Source: a bacterium (GTDB lineage Bacteria; UBA8248). From it: 64,000 nt of DNA. Below the pieces are notes generated by a model. The model was given only the letters and a program-made list of their open reading frames with translations, did no database searches and was not told the DNA's origin. Shown piece after piece: positions 37,892 to 47,316 of the stretch; within the stretch, counting starts at the first letter, position 1; the number at the start of each line of letters is the position of its first letter. The position numbers and the translations under genes are program-made. Location: the NCBI GenBank assembly GCA_965213685.1, contig CBDBZY010000044.1:128001-192000 (forward strand). The letters run 5' to 3'.

Positions 37892-39278
37892 GCCAAATAA
37901 ATCGAACAAAATCAATCATTTACATCCCCCCCCCCCCCCCCCCCCCCCCCGAAAGAACACCCTCTATTTCGGCGATTGCCTGGAGGTGATGCGGAAGGAA
38001 GTTCCCGCAACCTCGGTTGACCTCATCTATCTCGACCCGCCGTTTAACTCCAAGCGCATCTACAACGCCTTCATGGGCCAGGCGCAATGGGTGGCGTTTG
38101 AAGATACTTGGTCGTGGCACGAGGCCGTCGACGACTTCCATGAAGTGGCGGAGGCGGTGGAGCTGGCCGGCGTGATGGAGGGGTTGCGGCGCATCTTCGG
38201 GGAGGGCGGGAACCTCGCCTATCTCTCCTACATGGCGAACCGCTTGCGCGAATGCCGCCACGTCCTCAAACCCACCGGGTCGATCTACCTCCACTGCGAC
38301 CCCACCATGAGTCACCCCCTCAAGATCGTGATGGACGGGATTTTCGGGCGCCAGAATTTCAGGAATGAGATTGTGTGGGGATACGAAAAACCGCGGAGCG
38401 CAAAGAAAATATGGCGACGAAATCACGATGTGATTTTGTTCTATACAAAAACGGGCAAATACATATTTTACCCTCAAAGAGTCCCGACACTCGACGGGAA
38501 GTTCGAGATGCGCAAGCCGTTCAAGCGCCCTGACGGAACCATTTGGAAACCAAAGGAACCTGGAAAACAAGCTGGGTCATGGTGGTATGATATTCCATCG
38601 TTCGCAACGCGAATGTCTGCCAAAGAACGCCTCGGCTACCCCACCCAGAAGCCGCTGGCTCTCCTGGAACGCATCATCCGCGCGTCATCCAATCCGGGCG
38701 ATGTGGTGCTGGACCCGTTCTGCGGGTGCGGGACGACGATCCACGCGGCACAGAACTTGGGCAGGCGGTGGATGGGGATCGACATCTGTGTGAACGCCTG
38801 CAAGGTCATCGAGAAGCGCTTTCGCGGACATTTCGACAGCCGCTGGTCGGACGTGGAGTTCATCGGGTTTCCCAAGACCTTCGATGACGCGAGAACGCTG
38901 GCGCGCCTCGACAGCTTTCGGTTCGAGCGATGGGCCGCCTCCCTGGTGGACGGCATGGAACCCAACAGGAAGCAGCGCGGAGACCGGGGCATCGACGGCA
39001 GAGGCCGCCTCGCCATCGCGAAGGGCAAATTCATCGACCTCGTCTCGCAGGTGAAGGGGGGCAGGACCAACCCCGGAGACGTGCAGGCGTTCAACGGCGC
39101 GCGCCAGCAGGAGGGAGCGCACCTGGGAATTTTCACGTGCTTCGGGGACAGGGTGACATCCCGGATGCGGGACGCCGCCGCCAGCACGGGTTCGTTCATG
39201 GGCGTCCCCGCGGTGCAGATTTATACGGTCGATGACTACTTCGAGGGCCGGAGGCCCCGGATGCCGCGCGTGGCCTAG
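37890..39278 (+). CDS. beta-class N4/N6 DNA methyltransferase with C-terminal Mrr-like domain
   Basis: LYFGDCL, YLDPPF (motif IV), [15 protein letters not shown] (motif I), then DRGIDG...SQVKGG. Confidence 0.92.
   Translation: MPNKSNKINHLHPPPPPPPPRKNTLYFGDCLEVMRKEVPATSVDLIYLDPPFNSKRIYNAFMGQAQWVAFEDTWSWHEAVDDFHEVAEAVELAGVMEGLRRIFGEGGNLAYLSYMANRLRECRHVLKPTGSIYLHCDPTMSHPLKIVMDGIFGRQNFRNEIVWGYEKPRSAKKIWRRNHDVILFYTKTGKYIFYPQRVPTLDGKFEMRKPFKRPDGTIWKPKEPGKQAGSWWYDIPSFATRMSAKERLGYPTQKPLALLERIIRASSNPGDVVLDPFCGCGTTIHAAQNLGRRWMGIDICVNACKVIEKRFRGHFDSRWSDVEFIGFPKTFDDARTLARLDSFRFERWAASLVDGMEPNRKQRGDRGIDGRGRLAIAKGKFIDLVSQVKGGRTNPGDVQAFNGARQQEGAHLGIFTCFGDRVTSRMRDAAASTGSFMGVPAVQIYTVDDYFEGRRPRMPRVA
37926..37950 (+). 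repeat. C25 homopolymer in the 5' coding region of the methyltransferase
   Basis: 25 consecutive C after codon 12; encodes P8; currently in frame. Confidence 0.9.
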
Positions 39279-39403
39279 GGAAGGTCGCGCGGGACGCGCA
39301 GAGGCGGCGCGTTTCCACCTCTCCGGCATGGCGGCGTCTGTTCGGATGGGAGGGGAGAGAGGGAACGAGCGACGGATGCGGAGGTAGCCTGCGCCCCCCC
39401 TCC

Positions 39404-40117
39404 TCAGCCGATTCCCAGGTGGGTTCTCCGGACTTCCTCGTTTTGCCAGAGCGCCTGCGGTGCCGATTCGTGGACGACCCGCCCGTTGGCGACCACGCAC
39501 ACCCTGTCCACCGTCTGGACGGCGAAGGCGGCGTTCTGCTCCACGAGCACGACGGAGAGTCCCTCCGATTTGAGGGAGCGGATGGCGTTCCCGATGTCCT
39601 GGATGATCATCGGCGCGAGTCCCTCGGACGGTTCATCCAGAATGAGGCAGCTCGGGTTGGTCATCAGGGCGCGGCCCACGGCCAGCATCTGCTGTTCGCC
39701 GCCGGAGAGCGAACCCGCCCGCTGGCCGGCGCGCTCGCCCAAGCGGGGGAAGAGATCGTACACCTCCCGGAAGCCCCAGTGCGGGCCCGCCTCGTGCTCC
39801 TGCTGGGCGACGAGGAGGTTCTCGCGAACCGAGAGGGTCGGGAACACGCGCCGGCCCTGCGGACACAGACCGATTCCCATTCTCGAGATGTCGTAGCTGC
39901 TCGAGGCGGTGATGTCCTCTCCCCGGAAGAGGATGGCGCCGCGCCTCGGCGGAACGAAGCCCATGATCGAGTTGATCAGCGTCGTTTTCCCCATGCCGTT
40001 TCTGCCCAGAATGCCCAGCGTCTCCCCCTCGCCGACCTGGATGCTCAGCCCCTGCAGGACGTAGGAGTCGCCATAGTAGGTGTGAATGTCGCGCACGCGC
40101 AGGAGGGCTGATGACAC
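39404..40117 (-). CDS. ABC transporter ATP-binding protein (LivF-like)
   Basis: GRNGMGKTT, LSGGEQQM, LDEPSEG, VEQN. Confidence 0.92.
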   Translation of the reverse strand: MSSALLRVRDIHTYYGDSYVLQGLSIQVGEGETLGILGRNGMGKTTLINSIMGFVPPRRGAILFRGEDITASSSYDISRMGIGLCPQGRRVFPTLSVRENLLVAQQEHEAGPHWGFREVYDLFPRLGERAGQRAGSLSGGEQQMLAVGRALMTNPSCLILDEPSEGLAPMIIQDIGNAIRSLKSEGLSVVLVEQNAAFAVQTVDRVCVVANGRVVHESAPQALWQNEEVRRTHLGIG

Positions 40118-40118
40118 G

Positions 40119-40874
40119 CTACTCCGCCTTTCCGAGGTAGATTTCCTGCACCTGCGGGTTGTTGCGGATGTCCGCGCTGGCACCTTCCGCGAGAATCTCG
40201 CCGTAGTGCAGGACGCTGATATGGGAGACGACCTCGAATATGACGTCCAGGTCGTGCTCGATGATGAGAATGGCGATTCGGGGGTCGAGCGATTTCAGGA
40301 AGTTGGCCATCTCGCGGGATTCGCCCGTGGCCAGACCGGCGGAGGGCTCGTCGAGAAGGAGGACTTTCGGGTCGCTCGCCAGGGCGAGGACGATCTCGAG
40401 TTGCCGCTGCTCCCCGTGGGAGAGGTTGCGGACCTCCTGATTCCGCAAGTGCCAGAAATGAACGTCGGTGAGCAGTTTTTCCGCTTTTTCATACACCTCT
40501 TTGTAACGGAACAGGGGCTTGAGCATCACCATTTTCATTTTCCGCAAGCCCTGCGCGGCGAGCAGGACGTTATCGAGAACCGTGAGCCTCGGAAACAGGC
40601 TGGTGATCTGAAAGGTGCGCGCCATGCCGAGCGCCACGCGCCTGTGCGTGGGCCAAGCGGAAACATCCTGCCCGAAAAGACGGATGTGGCCCGACGTGAG
40701 CGGGAGCACGCCCGTTATCAGGTGGAACAGGGTCGTCTTCCCCGCGCCGTTCGGCCCCAGGATTCCTCGCCGCTCACCGGTGCCCAGGCGCAAGTTCACG
40801 TCCTGGACGGCGCGCAGGCCGCCGAAATGCTTGGAGACGCTCTCCAGCTCCAGCCCTGGTGGCGCGTTCGTCAA
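40119..40874 (-). CDS. ABC transporter ATP-binding protein (LivG-like)
   Basis: GPNGAGKTT, ARTFQ, LSHGEQR, LLDEP, IEHD. Confidence 0.92.
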   Translation of the reverse strand: MTNAPPGLELESVSKHFGGLRAVQDVNLRLGTGERRGILGPNGAGKTTLFHLITGVLPLTSGHIRLFGQDVSAWPTHRRVALGMARTFQITSLFPRLTVLDNVLLAAQGLRKMKMVMLKPLFRYKEVYEKAEKLLTDVHFWHLRNQEVRNLSHGEQRQLEIVLALASDPKVLLLDEPSAGLATGESREMANFLKSLDPRIAILIIEHDLDVIFEVVSHISVLHYGEILAEGASADIRNNPQVQEIYLGKAE

Positions 40875-40904
40875 AACGATTAACCCCTGTTGGGAGGGTC
40901 CGGC

Positions 40905-40951
40905 GCGAATCCGCCGCCCGGACCGGGAGAGGCCCGGACGGCCGGATTCGC
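40905..40951. other. Long hairpin after the substrate-binding protein gene (mRNA stabiliser or attenuator)
   Basis: GCGAATCCG...CGGATTCGC with inner pairing; no U tract. Confidence 0.5.
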
Positions 40952-40957
40952 CCGACG

Positions 40958-42211
40958 CTATTTACAATGCGGGCACGGCGGGTACTTCTTGCTGTACACG
41001 GGGTGCTTCAGGAAATCCTCCGCCTTCCACTTCCAGAACTGCCCCACGGCGGGATAGGTTTTGATCACCATGTTCCAGAGCGAGTTCGGCTTGACGCCCA
41101 GGCCCAGGCGGTCGCCCTTCACGCGGGTCACCCGGCGGATGTAGCTGTTCTGCACCGGATTGCCGTATGTGTCCAGATAGACCGGCCCCCGGATGGCGTT
41201 GATGCGAATGGTCTTGAACGCCTTGAGGAAGGCCTCCGTGTCGCCCGGCTTGTAGCCGATCTTCTTGAGCGTGAGGTCCACCCACTGGCCTGTGGTGTAG
41301 GTGGTCTCGGAGTAATAGGAGGCCATTTTTCCGTAACGCTGCTGATACTCCTTGACGAACGCCTTGTTCTTCTCCGTCTCCAGGGCGGCGCTGTACTGCG
41401 CGGCCGTCACATAGCCGAGCGTCTCGTCGCCCATGCTGGGGAGGATGAACTCATCCGCGCTCGTCACGCCGCCGAGCATCGGCATCTTGAAGCCTGCGGC
41501 GCGGAACTGCTTGGGGAAGGCCAGGGACATGGGGCCGACCATCAGGGTGAAAATCGCGTCGGCGTCCTTGGGCACCTGCGGCAGGTACGGGCCGAAGTCC
41601 TTGGTGCCGAGCTTCGCCCAAATCCTCTTGATGATCTTGCCGCCGCGCGCCTCGAAGGCCTTGTGGAAGCCGCCCACGGTCTCGTAGCCGAAGGCGTAGT
41701 CCGCGCCGATGGTGACCACGCGGCGGTAGCCCTGGTCGTACGCCCATTCGGCGAGGGGGTGGCTGTTCTGGCTACTCGTGAAGCCGCTGCGCAGGAAATA
41801 CTTGAAGAGCTTGCGCTGGGTGAGGTCGTCCGCCGCCGGCACGGGCGAGATGTAGGGCACCTTGAAGCGGTTGGCGACCGGTGCGAGAGCGTATCCGGTG
41901 CTGGCGAGCAGGCCGCCCATGAACATGTGCACCTTGTCGCGCTTGATGAGCTTGAGTGCCTTGCGCACGTTCACGGCCGGCTTTCCGGTGGAGTCCTCGA
42001 GGATGAACTTGACGTCGAGCGGTCCCATCTTGTTCTTGACGTGCGCCAGATACATCTTGAAGCCGTTGCTCATGTCCTTGCCGATCTGGGCGAAGATGCC
42101 CGTCATCGGCGCGATGAACCCGATGCGCACCTCGGCGGCCCGTGCGCTGCCGAATCCGGCGCAGAACGCGACGCCGAACGCCAGCATGATGGTGATGAGC
42201 TTGCGTTTCAT
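40958..42211 (-). CDS. ABC transporter substrate-binding protein (LivK-like)
   Basis: Signal peptide, RIGFIAPMTG, DYAFG, DFGPYL. Confidence 0.92.
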   Translation of the reverse strand: MKRKLITIMLAFGVAFCAGFGSARAAEVRIGFIAPMTGIFAQIGKDMSNGFKMYLAHVKNKMGPLDVKFILEDSTGKPAVNVRKALKLIKRDKVHMFMGGLLASTGYALAPVANRFKVPYISPVPAADDLTQRKLFKYFLRSGFTSSQNSHPLAEWAYDQGYRRVVTIGADYAFGYETVGGFHKAFEARGGKIIKRIWAKLGTKDFGPYLPQVPKDADAIFTLMVGPMSLAFPKQFRAAGFKMPMLGGVTSADEFILPSMGDETLGYVTAAQYSAALETEKNKAFVKEYQQRYGKMASYYSETTYTTGQWVDLTLKKIGYKPGDTEAFLKAFKTIRINAIRGPVYLDTYGNPVQNSYIRRVTRVKGDRLGLGVKPNSLWNMVIKTYPAVGQFWKWKAEDFLKHPVYSKKYPPCPHCK

Positions 42212-42258
42212 TCTTCTTCCTCCCTCGGTTTGTCAGGAGATGCGGGGCCGCGCCGTCC

Positions 42259-43282
42259 TCATCCCTCCGGGGTTTCCGACGGTGCGGCGGGTTTGCGAAA
42301 CTTGCTGAACAATCCCAGAATTCCCTCGACGCCATACAGGCGTCCCAGCATGATGGTGACGATGTAGATGGCGCCGAGAATCAACGGCCAGCGCTCCACG
42401 TAGATGCTGATGAACTGCTGCAGCGAGCGGATGATGGCCGAGCCGATCACGGGGCCGACCAGCGTGGCGGGACCGCCGAGAGCCACCATGAAAAGGGCCT
42501 CCGCCGAGGTGATGAGCTCGATGTCCGGCGGACTCACGAACAGGTTGAACAGCGTCCACATCACGCCCGAGACGCCGCTGAACATTCCGGCGATGATGAA
42601 CGCGAGGTATTTGTGGAGCCAGATGTTGTAGCCGAGCATCTCCATGCGCTCCTCGCGCTCCCGGATGCCGACCAGCGTCTTCCCGAAGGGGCTGCGCACG
42701 AGTCGGTACATCAGGCCGAGGCAGATGAGAAACACCGCGAGCGTGAAGTAGAAAAACGGGATTTCCGATTCGAGGGAGACGCCGAGCAGCGAGGGTCTCC
42801 CCAGGACGTTGATGCCGTTGTCCCCCTCCGTCACGGCACTCCAGCGGTAGGCCAGCCCCCAGACGACCATGGCGAGGGACAGCGTGATCATCAAAAAGTA
42901 CACGCCCACGGCGCGGATGGCCAGAAAACCGAAGAACGCCGCGAAGGCCAAGGCCACGAGGATGCCGAACAGGAAGATGTAGGGGAGGCCCAGCCCCAGG
43001 GCGTTCGACCACTCGAAGAGGGCGTACGTCCACGTCCAGTCCTCTTTCGTCATGATGATGGCCGTGGCGTATGAGGCGACGCCGAAATAGGCGGCGTGCC
43101 CCAGGGAGGCCAGCCCGGTGAACCCCAGGAGAAGGTCCAGGCTCATGGCGAGGATGCCGAAGACGAGAATCTCCGTCATCAGGCTTTGCAGGAAAAGGTC
43201 CAGAAACGGGGGTGACGCCGCCCAGGGCGAGGAACGCGCCCAGGACGAGGAGCACCCTCCTTTTCTCTGCGGAGTTCTCCAT
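42259..43282 (-). pseudogene. ABC permease (LivM-like) with a 1-nt frameshift (real or assembly error)
   Basis: MENSAEK...GGVTP joins FLDLFLQSLMTEIL...GFTGLASLGHAAYFG if one base is removed from the 5-base run at 43208-43212. Confidence 0.75.
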
Positions 43283-43288
43283 CGGGGA

Positions 43289-44386
43289 TCAACCCTTTCC
43301 GAAAAGGCCGGTCGGCTTGATCGCCAGAATGATGGCCATGGGCGCGAAGAGCGCGAAGTAGGAAAGCTCGGGAAACAGCGCGGTGCCGAAGTTCTCGATG
43401 AAGCCGACCACGATGCTGCCGAGGACGGCGCCCCCCAGGCTGCCCAGCCCCCCGATGATCACCACGGCGAAGGCGTATGGCAGTATCTCGAAATCCAGGC
43501 CCGGATAGACGCCGAAAAACGCGCCGCCCACCACGCCGCCCGTGGCCGCCAGCAGCGCGCCGAGAGCGAATATGGCCATTTGCACGACGTTGGTGTTGAT
43601 GCCGATCCCGCGCGCCATCTCGGGGTCGTCCACCGCCGCGCGCATGATGGCGCCCAGGCGGGTGCGCTCGATTCCCAGGAACAGGACGACGGCGACCAGG
43701 GCGGCGGTGGCGATCATGAAGGCGCGGTATTGGGGCAGCGACAGCCCCCCGATCACGGCGCTGTGGTTGAGGGGCCAGGGTTGTTTCAGCATGAAGTTGT
43801 CCCCGCCCCAGGTGTAGAGGGAGCCGTCCTGGAGGATGAACGCGAAGCCGATGGTCACCAGAACCTGCGCCAGCGTGTCTTGCCCGAGGCGGCGCAGGAA
43901 GAAGCGCTCGATGAACATTCCGCACAGGGCGGCGACGGAGACGGCGAAAACCACGGCGGCGAGCATGCCCGCGAAGTTGATCTCGTCCACCGGCTTCACG
44001 GGCACGTGGGGAAAGAAGAGCGCGAAGAGTTGGAATCCCCACATCAGGCTGCTCAGCGCCTCCACGGCGACGTAGGCGATGAGCAGCCCCAGTGCGGCGT
44101 GCCTGGGAGCGACGCGACTTGCGAGCGCCCGCCAGGCGAGATACAGCAGCGCCCAGGAGGCGATTTGGACGATGCGCGGCAACAGGCTCAGGGAGCCGAA
44201 AACGACGTTGTAGAATTCGAGGGCCAGGTATCCGGCGAACAGGAAAAAGGCGGCGTGTGCGAGGTTGACGATGCGCATGACGCCGAAGATGAGCGAGAGC
44301 CCGCTGGCGAGGAGAAACAGGATGGCGGCGTAGGAGAGCGAATTATAGCTGAGAACGAGGACGTTGGAGAAGCTGAGCGTGGTCAT
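43289..44386 (-). CDS. ABC permease (LivH-like)
   Basis: ASGLSLIFGVMRIVNLAH, TRLGAIMRA, IIGGLGS; carries an extra hydrophobic insertion. Confidence 0.9.
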   Translation of the reverse strand: MTTLSFSNVLVLSYNSLSYAAILFLLASGLSLIFGVMRIVNLAHAAFFLFAGYLALEFYNVVFGSLSLLPRIVQIASWALLYLAWRALASRVAPRHAALGLLIAYVAVEALSSLMWGFQLFALFFPHVPVKPVDEINFAGMLAAVVFAVSVAALCGMFIERFFLRRLGQDTLAQVLVTIGFAFILQDGSLYTWGGDNFMLKQPWPLNHSAVIGGLSLPQYRAFMIATAALVAVVLFLGIERTRLGAIMRAAVDDPEMARGIGINTNVVQMAIFALGALLAATGGVVGGAFFGVYPGLDFEILPYAFAVVIIGGLGSLGGAVLGSIVVGFIENFGTALFPELSYFALFAPMAIILAIKPTGLFGKG

Positions 44387-44503
44387 TCATGTCTCGCTTG
44401 CTCTGGACGCGCGACACGCTGCGGAAGCAAACGCCCACGCGCGCGCGTCGCCGGCTCGCCCAAGTCGCATGAGCACTGGGGTGAAGTATCATCCCGGACG
44501 TTC

Positions 44504-44533
44504 ATTATGTCCACGGTTCGGCGGATCCGTCAA
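44504..44533 (-). promoter_or_regulatory. Putative sigma70 promoter of the ABC operon
   Basis: TTGACG-18 bp-CATAAT; the -35 lies within palindrome CCGTCAAGTTGACGG (44527-44541). Confidence 0.55.
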
Positions 44534-44739
44534 GTTGACGGGGAAAGGGCGCTTCTCCCCTCTCTACCTTTTGGGGGACTGGCGAAAACCGGCGCGGAAA
44601 GATAAGGTTTGACGGACTTTCGGGCGCTGGGTTTTTTGTGCGCTCGCCCGTCCATGACGTCGTCATGGCGGGGCGATGCGCGTTTCGCCCGTTTGGAAGG
44701 CCGGACTCCCCTTTCGTTGGGACGATCATGGGCGCGGAT

Positions 44740-45981
44740 ATGCCGGACGAGAGAATTTTCCGGAACGCCAGAATCGACGCGGACGGGCCGCTGGTGGATT
44801 TGCGCGTCGCGCGGGGGCGATTCTCGAGCATCTCGGCGGGCGTCGGAAACGAGGCCGGCTCCGAGGAAATCGACCTGGCTGGTCGCGTCGTGCTGCCCGC
44901 CTTTGTGGAGAGCCACATCCATCTGGACAAGGCGTTTCTGGAGGAGCGCGCGCCCAACCGATCCGGCACGCTGGAGGACGCCATATCCATCACGCTTGCG
45001 CTGAAGCGGAGCGTGACGAAACCGGACATGATGGCGCGCGCCGAGCGGGCGCTGCGCATGGCGCTGCGGCATGGCGCCACGTGGTTTCGCGCGCAGGTGG
45101 AGGTGGACCCCATCGTGGGGCTCCGGGGGATGGAGGTCGCCCTGGAGCTGAAGGAGAAATACGCGGCCTGTGCAGATTTGCAGCTCGTCGTTTTTCCGCA
45201 GGAGGGAATCGAGCGGCAGCCGGGCACGGAGGAGCTGATGCGCGAGGCGATGCGGATGGGGGGAGACCTCCTGGGCGGCATCCCCTATAACGACCTCGAC
45301 CCCGAGCGGCACCTGGACATCGTCTTCCGCATGGCAGAGGCGTGTGGCTGCGGCCTGGATTTTCATCTGGATTTCTCGGACAGCCCGGACGATAGAAGAA
45401 TCGAATCCGTGGCCGCGCGCACCGTGGCAGAGGGCCTGCAGGGCAGGGTGGCCGTCGGCCACCTCACTTCGCTGGGGAGTATGGAGCGGGACGTCGCCGC
45501 GCCGATCATCGAGAAAATTCTCGAGGCGGGCATATCCGTCCTCCCCTTGCCGGCGACCGACCTGTTCCTGGGCGGCAGGGGGGATGCGCCGCCTCGCTTC
45601 CGAGGCCTCGCCCCCGTCAAGTGCCTCCTGGACGCGGGCGTCAACGTCGCCATCGCGTCGAACAACATCCGCAACGCCTTTACGCCATCGGGACGGGGAG
45701 ATTTGCTCGAAATCGGCCTCCTGCTCGCGCACGCCCTCCACATGAGCGGTGCGTCGGAGAGGGGCGCGATCCCCGATTTGTTCACGACCAACGGCGCGCG
45801 TGCGCTGGGCGTGGAGGATGGCTACGGTCTGCGGCCCGGGTGCGCGGCGGATTTCGTGGTGCTGGATTCCGTGAATTTCGAGGACGTCCTCATCGACCAG
45901 CCCGAGAAGCGATTCGTGGTGAAGCGCGGGCGTCCCATCGTGGAGAACGTCGCGCGGACGACCTGGCGGGAGATGGGCTAG
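44740..45981 (+). CDS. Cytosine/creatinine deaminase-like amidohydrolase
   Basis: FVESHIHLDKA, VFPQEG, DFHLD, GHLTSL, NNIRNAFTP. Confidence 0.85.
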   Translation: MPDERIFRNARIDADGPLVDLRVARGRFSSISAGVGNEAGSEEIDLAGRVVLPAFVESHIHLDKAFLEERAPNRSGTLEDAISITLALKRSVTKPDMMARAERALRMALRHGATWFRAQVEVDPIVGLRGMEVALELKEKYAACADLQLVVFPQEGIERQPGTEELMREAMRMGGDLLGGIPYNDLDPERHLDIVFRMAEACGCGLDFHLDFSDSPDDRRIESVAARTVAEGLQGRVAVGHLTSLGSMERDVAAPIIEKILEAGISVLPLPATDLFLGGRGDAPPRFRGLAPVKCLLDAGVNVAIASNNIRNAFTPSGRGDLLEIGLLLAHALHMSGASERGAIPDLFTTNGARALGVEDGYGLRPGCAADFVVLDSVNFEDVLIDQPEKRFVVKRGRPIVENVARTTWREMG

Positions 45982-47232
45982 ATGGGCGTCATCGCCGAGG
46001 CCAACGCGGAGGCGCTCTCGCGCATCGTCGGCGCGGACCCCGTTCTGGTGGACGTGCGGCCGGCGGGCGAGGTGATTCGGGGGCTGGGCGAAGGCGTTCT
46101 CCTCCATGCCGGCCCGCCGATCGGGTGGGAGCGGATGTGCGGCCCCCTGCGCGGGGCTGTCGCGGGGGCGCTCGTTCTGGAGGGGTGGGCGGGGGATTTG
46201 GCTTCCGCGGAGAAACTTGCCGCATCGGGCGACGTGGCGTTTCACCCGAACCATCACTTTGGCGCCGTCGGTCCCATGACGGGGGTCACCACGCGCTCGA
46301 TGCCGGTCATGATCGTCGAGAACAGGGCGTTCGGCAATCGGGCGTATTGCGCCCTGAACGAGGGGTTGGGGAAGGTGATGCGCTTCGGCGGAAACGATGC
46401 GGAGGTGCTGGGGCGGCTGCGCTGGCTCGCGGATACCCTGGCCCCGGCCCTGTCCGCTGCCCTCCGGCGCATGGGAGGCTTGCCGCTCCGGCGCATCATC
46501 GCGCGGGGGCTTGCGATGGGAGACGAGATGCACCAGCGCAACGTGGCCTGCACGAGTCTCCTCGCCCGCGAGGTGGCCCCGGCACTCGCGCGCTCGGTGC
46601 AGGAGAGCGGGACGCTGGAGAGGGTGTTGTCCTTCATCGGCGGGAACGACCAGTTTTTCCTGAACGTCGCGATGGCCGTCGGAAAGGCGGTGATGGACCC
46701 GGTTCGCGGCATCGAGGGGGCGAGCATCGTCACGGCGATGTGCCGGAACGGAACGGACTTCGGGATTCGGGTGAGCGCAACGGGGGATGCGTGGTTCACC
46801 GCGCCCGTCGAGATGCCGGAGGGCTTGTATTTCCCGGGCTTCAGCGCGAACGACGCGAACCCGGACATGGGCGATTCCACGATCGTCGAGACGATGGGAC
46901 TCGGAGGGTTCGCCATGGCGGCGGCCCCCGCCGTCGTCGGCTTCGTGGGGGCGGGGCGCGCGGCGGACGCGCTGCACCACTCGCGCGCCATGTATGAGAT
47001 CACCCAGGGCGAAAACCCGGAGTGGGCGATTCCGGCGCTCGACTTTCGGGGAGTCCCCACGGGCGTCGACATCATGAAGGTGGTGCGGCTGGGCGTCACG
47101 CCCGTCATCAACACGGGCATCGCCCACCGCGAGCCCGGCGTCGGCCAGGTGGGCGCGGGCGTGGTTCGGGCGCCGCTCGCCTGCTTCGAGCGGGCACTCG
47201 AGGCCTACGGCGCGCGGATGGGCGCCGCCTGA
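45982..47232 (+). CDS. DUF1116 (YlbE/YahG; AllG-like) protein
   Basis: LLHAGPP, AVGPMTG, LNEGLGKVMRFG, GDEMHQRN, RNGTDFG, DMGDS, INTGIAH. Confidence 0.9.
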   Translation: MGVIAEANAEALSRIVGADPVLVDVRPAGEVIRGLGEGVLLHAGPPIGWERMCGPLRGAVAGALVLEGWAGDLASAEKLAASGDVAFHPNHHFGAVGPMTGVTTRSMPVMIVENRAFGNRAYCALNEGLGKVMRFGGNDAEVLGRLRWLADTLAPALSAALRRMGGLPLRRIIARGLAMGDEMHQRNVACTSLLAREVAPALARSVQESGTLERVLSFIGGNDQFFLNVAMAVGKAVMDPVRGIEGASIVTAMCRNGTDFGIRVSATGDAWFTAPVEMPEGLYFPGFSANDANPDMGDSTIVETMGLGGFAMAAAPAVVGFVGAGRAADALHHSRAMYEITQGENPEWAIPALDFRGVPTGVDIMKVVRLGVTPVINTGIAHREPGVGQVGAGVVRAPLACFERALEAYGARMGAA

Positions 47233-47316
47233 GCGATCTTGGTTGGCGTGGATTGGCGGACTATGCGGGATGGGGTGGGCAGGTGCGAGTTTCTTTGCAT
47301 CGTGGATTCTCTCGTT

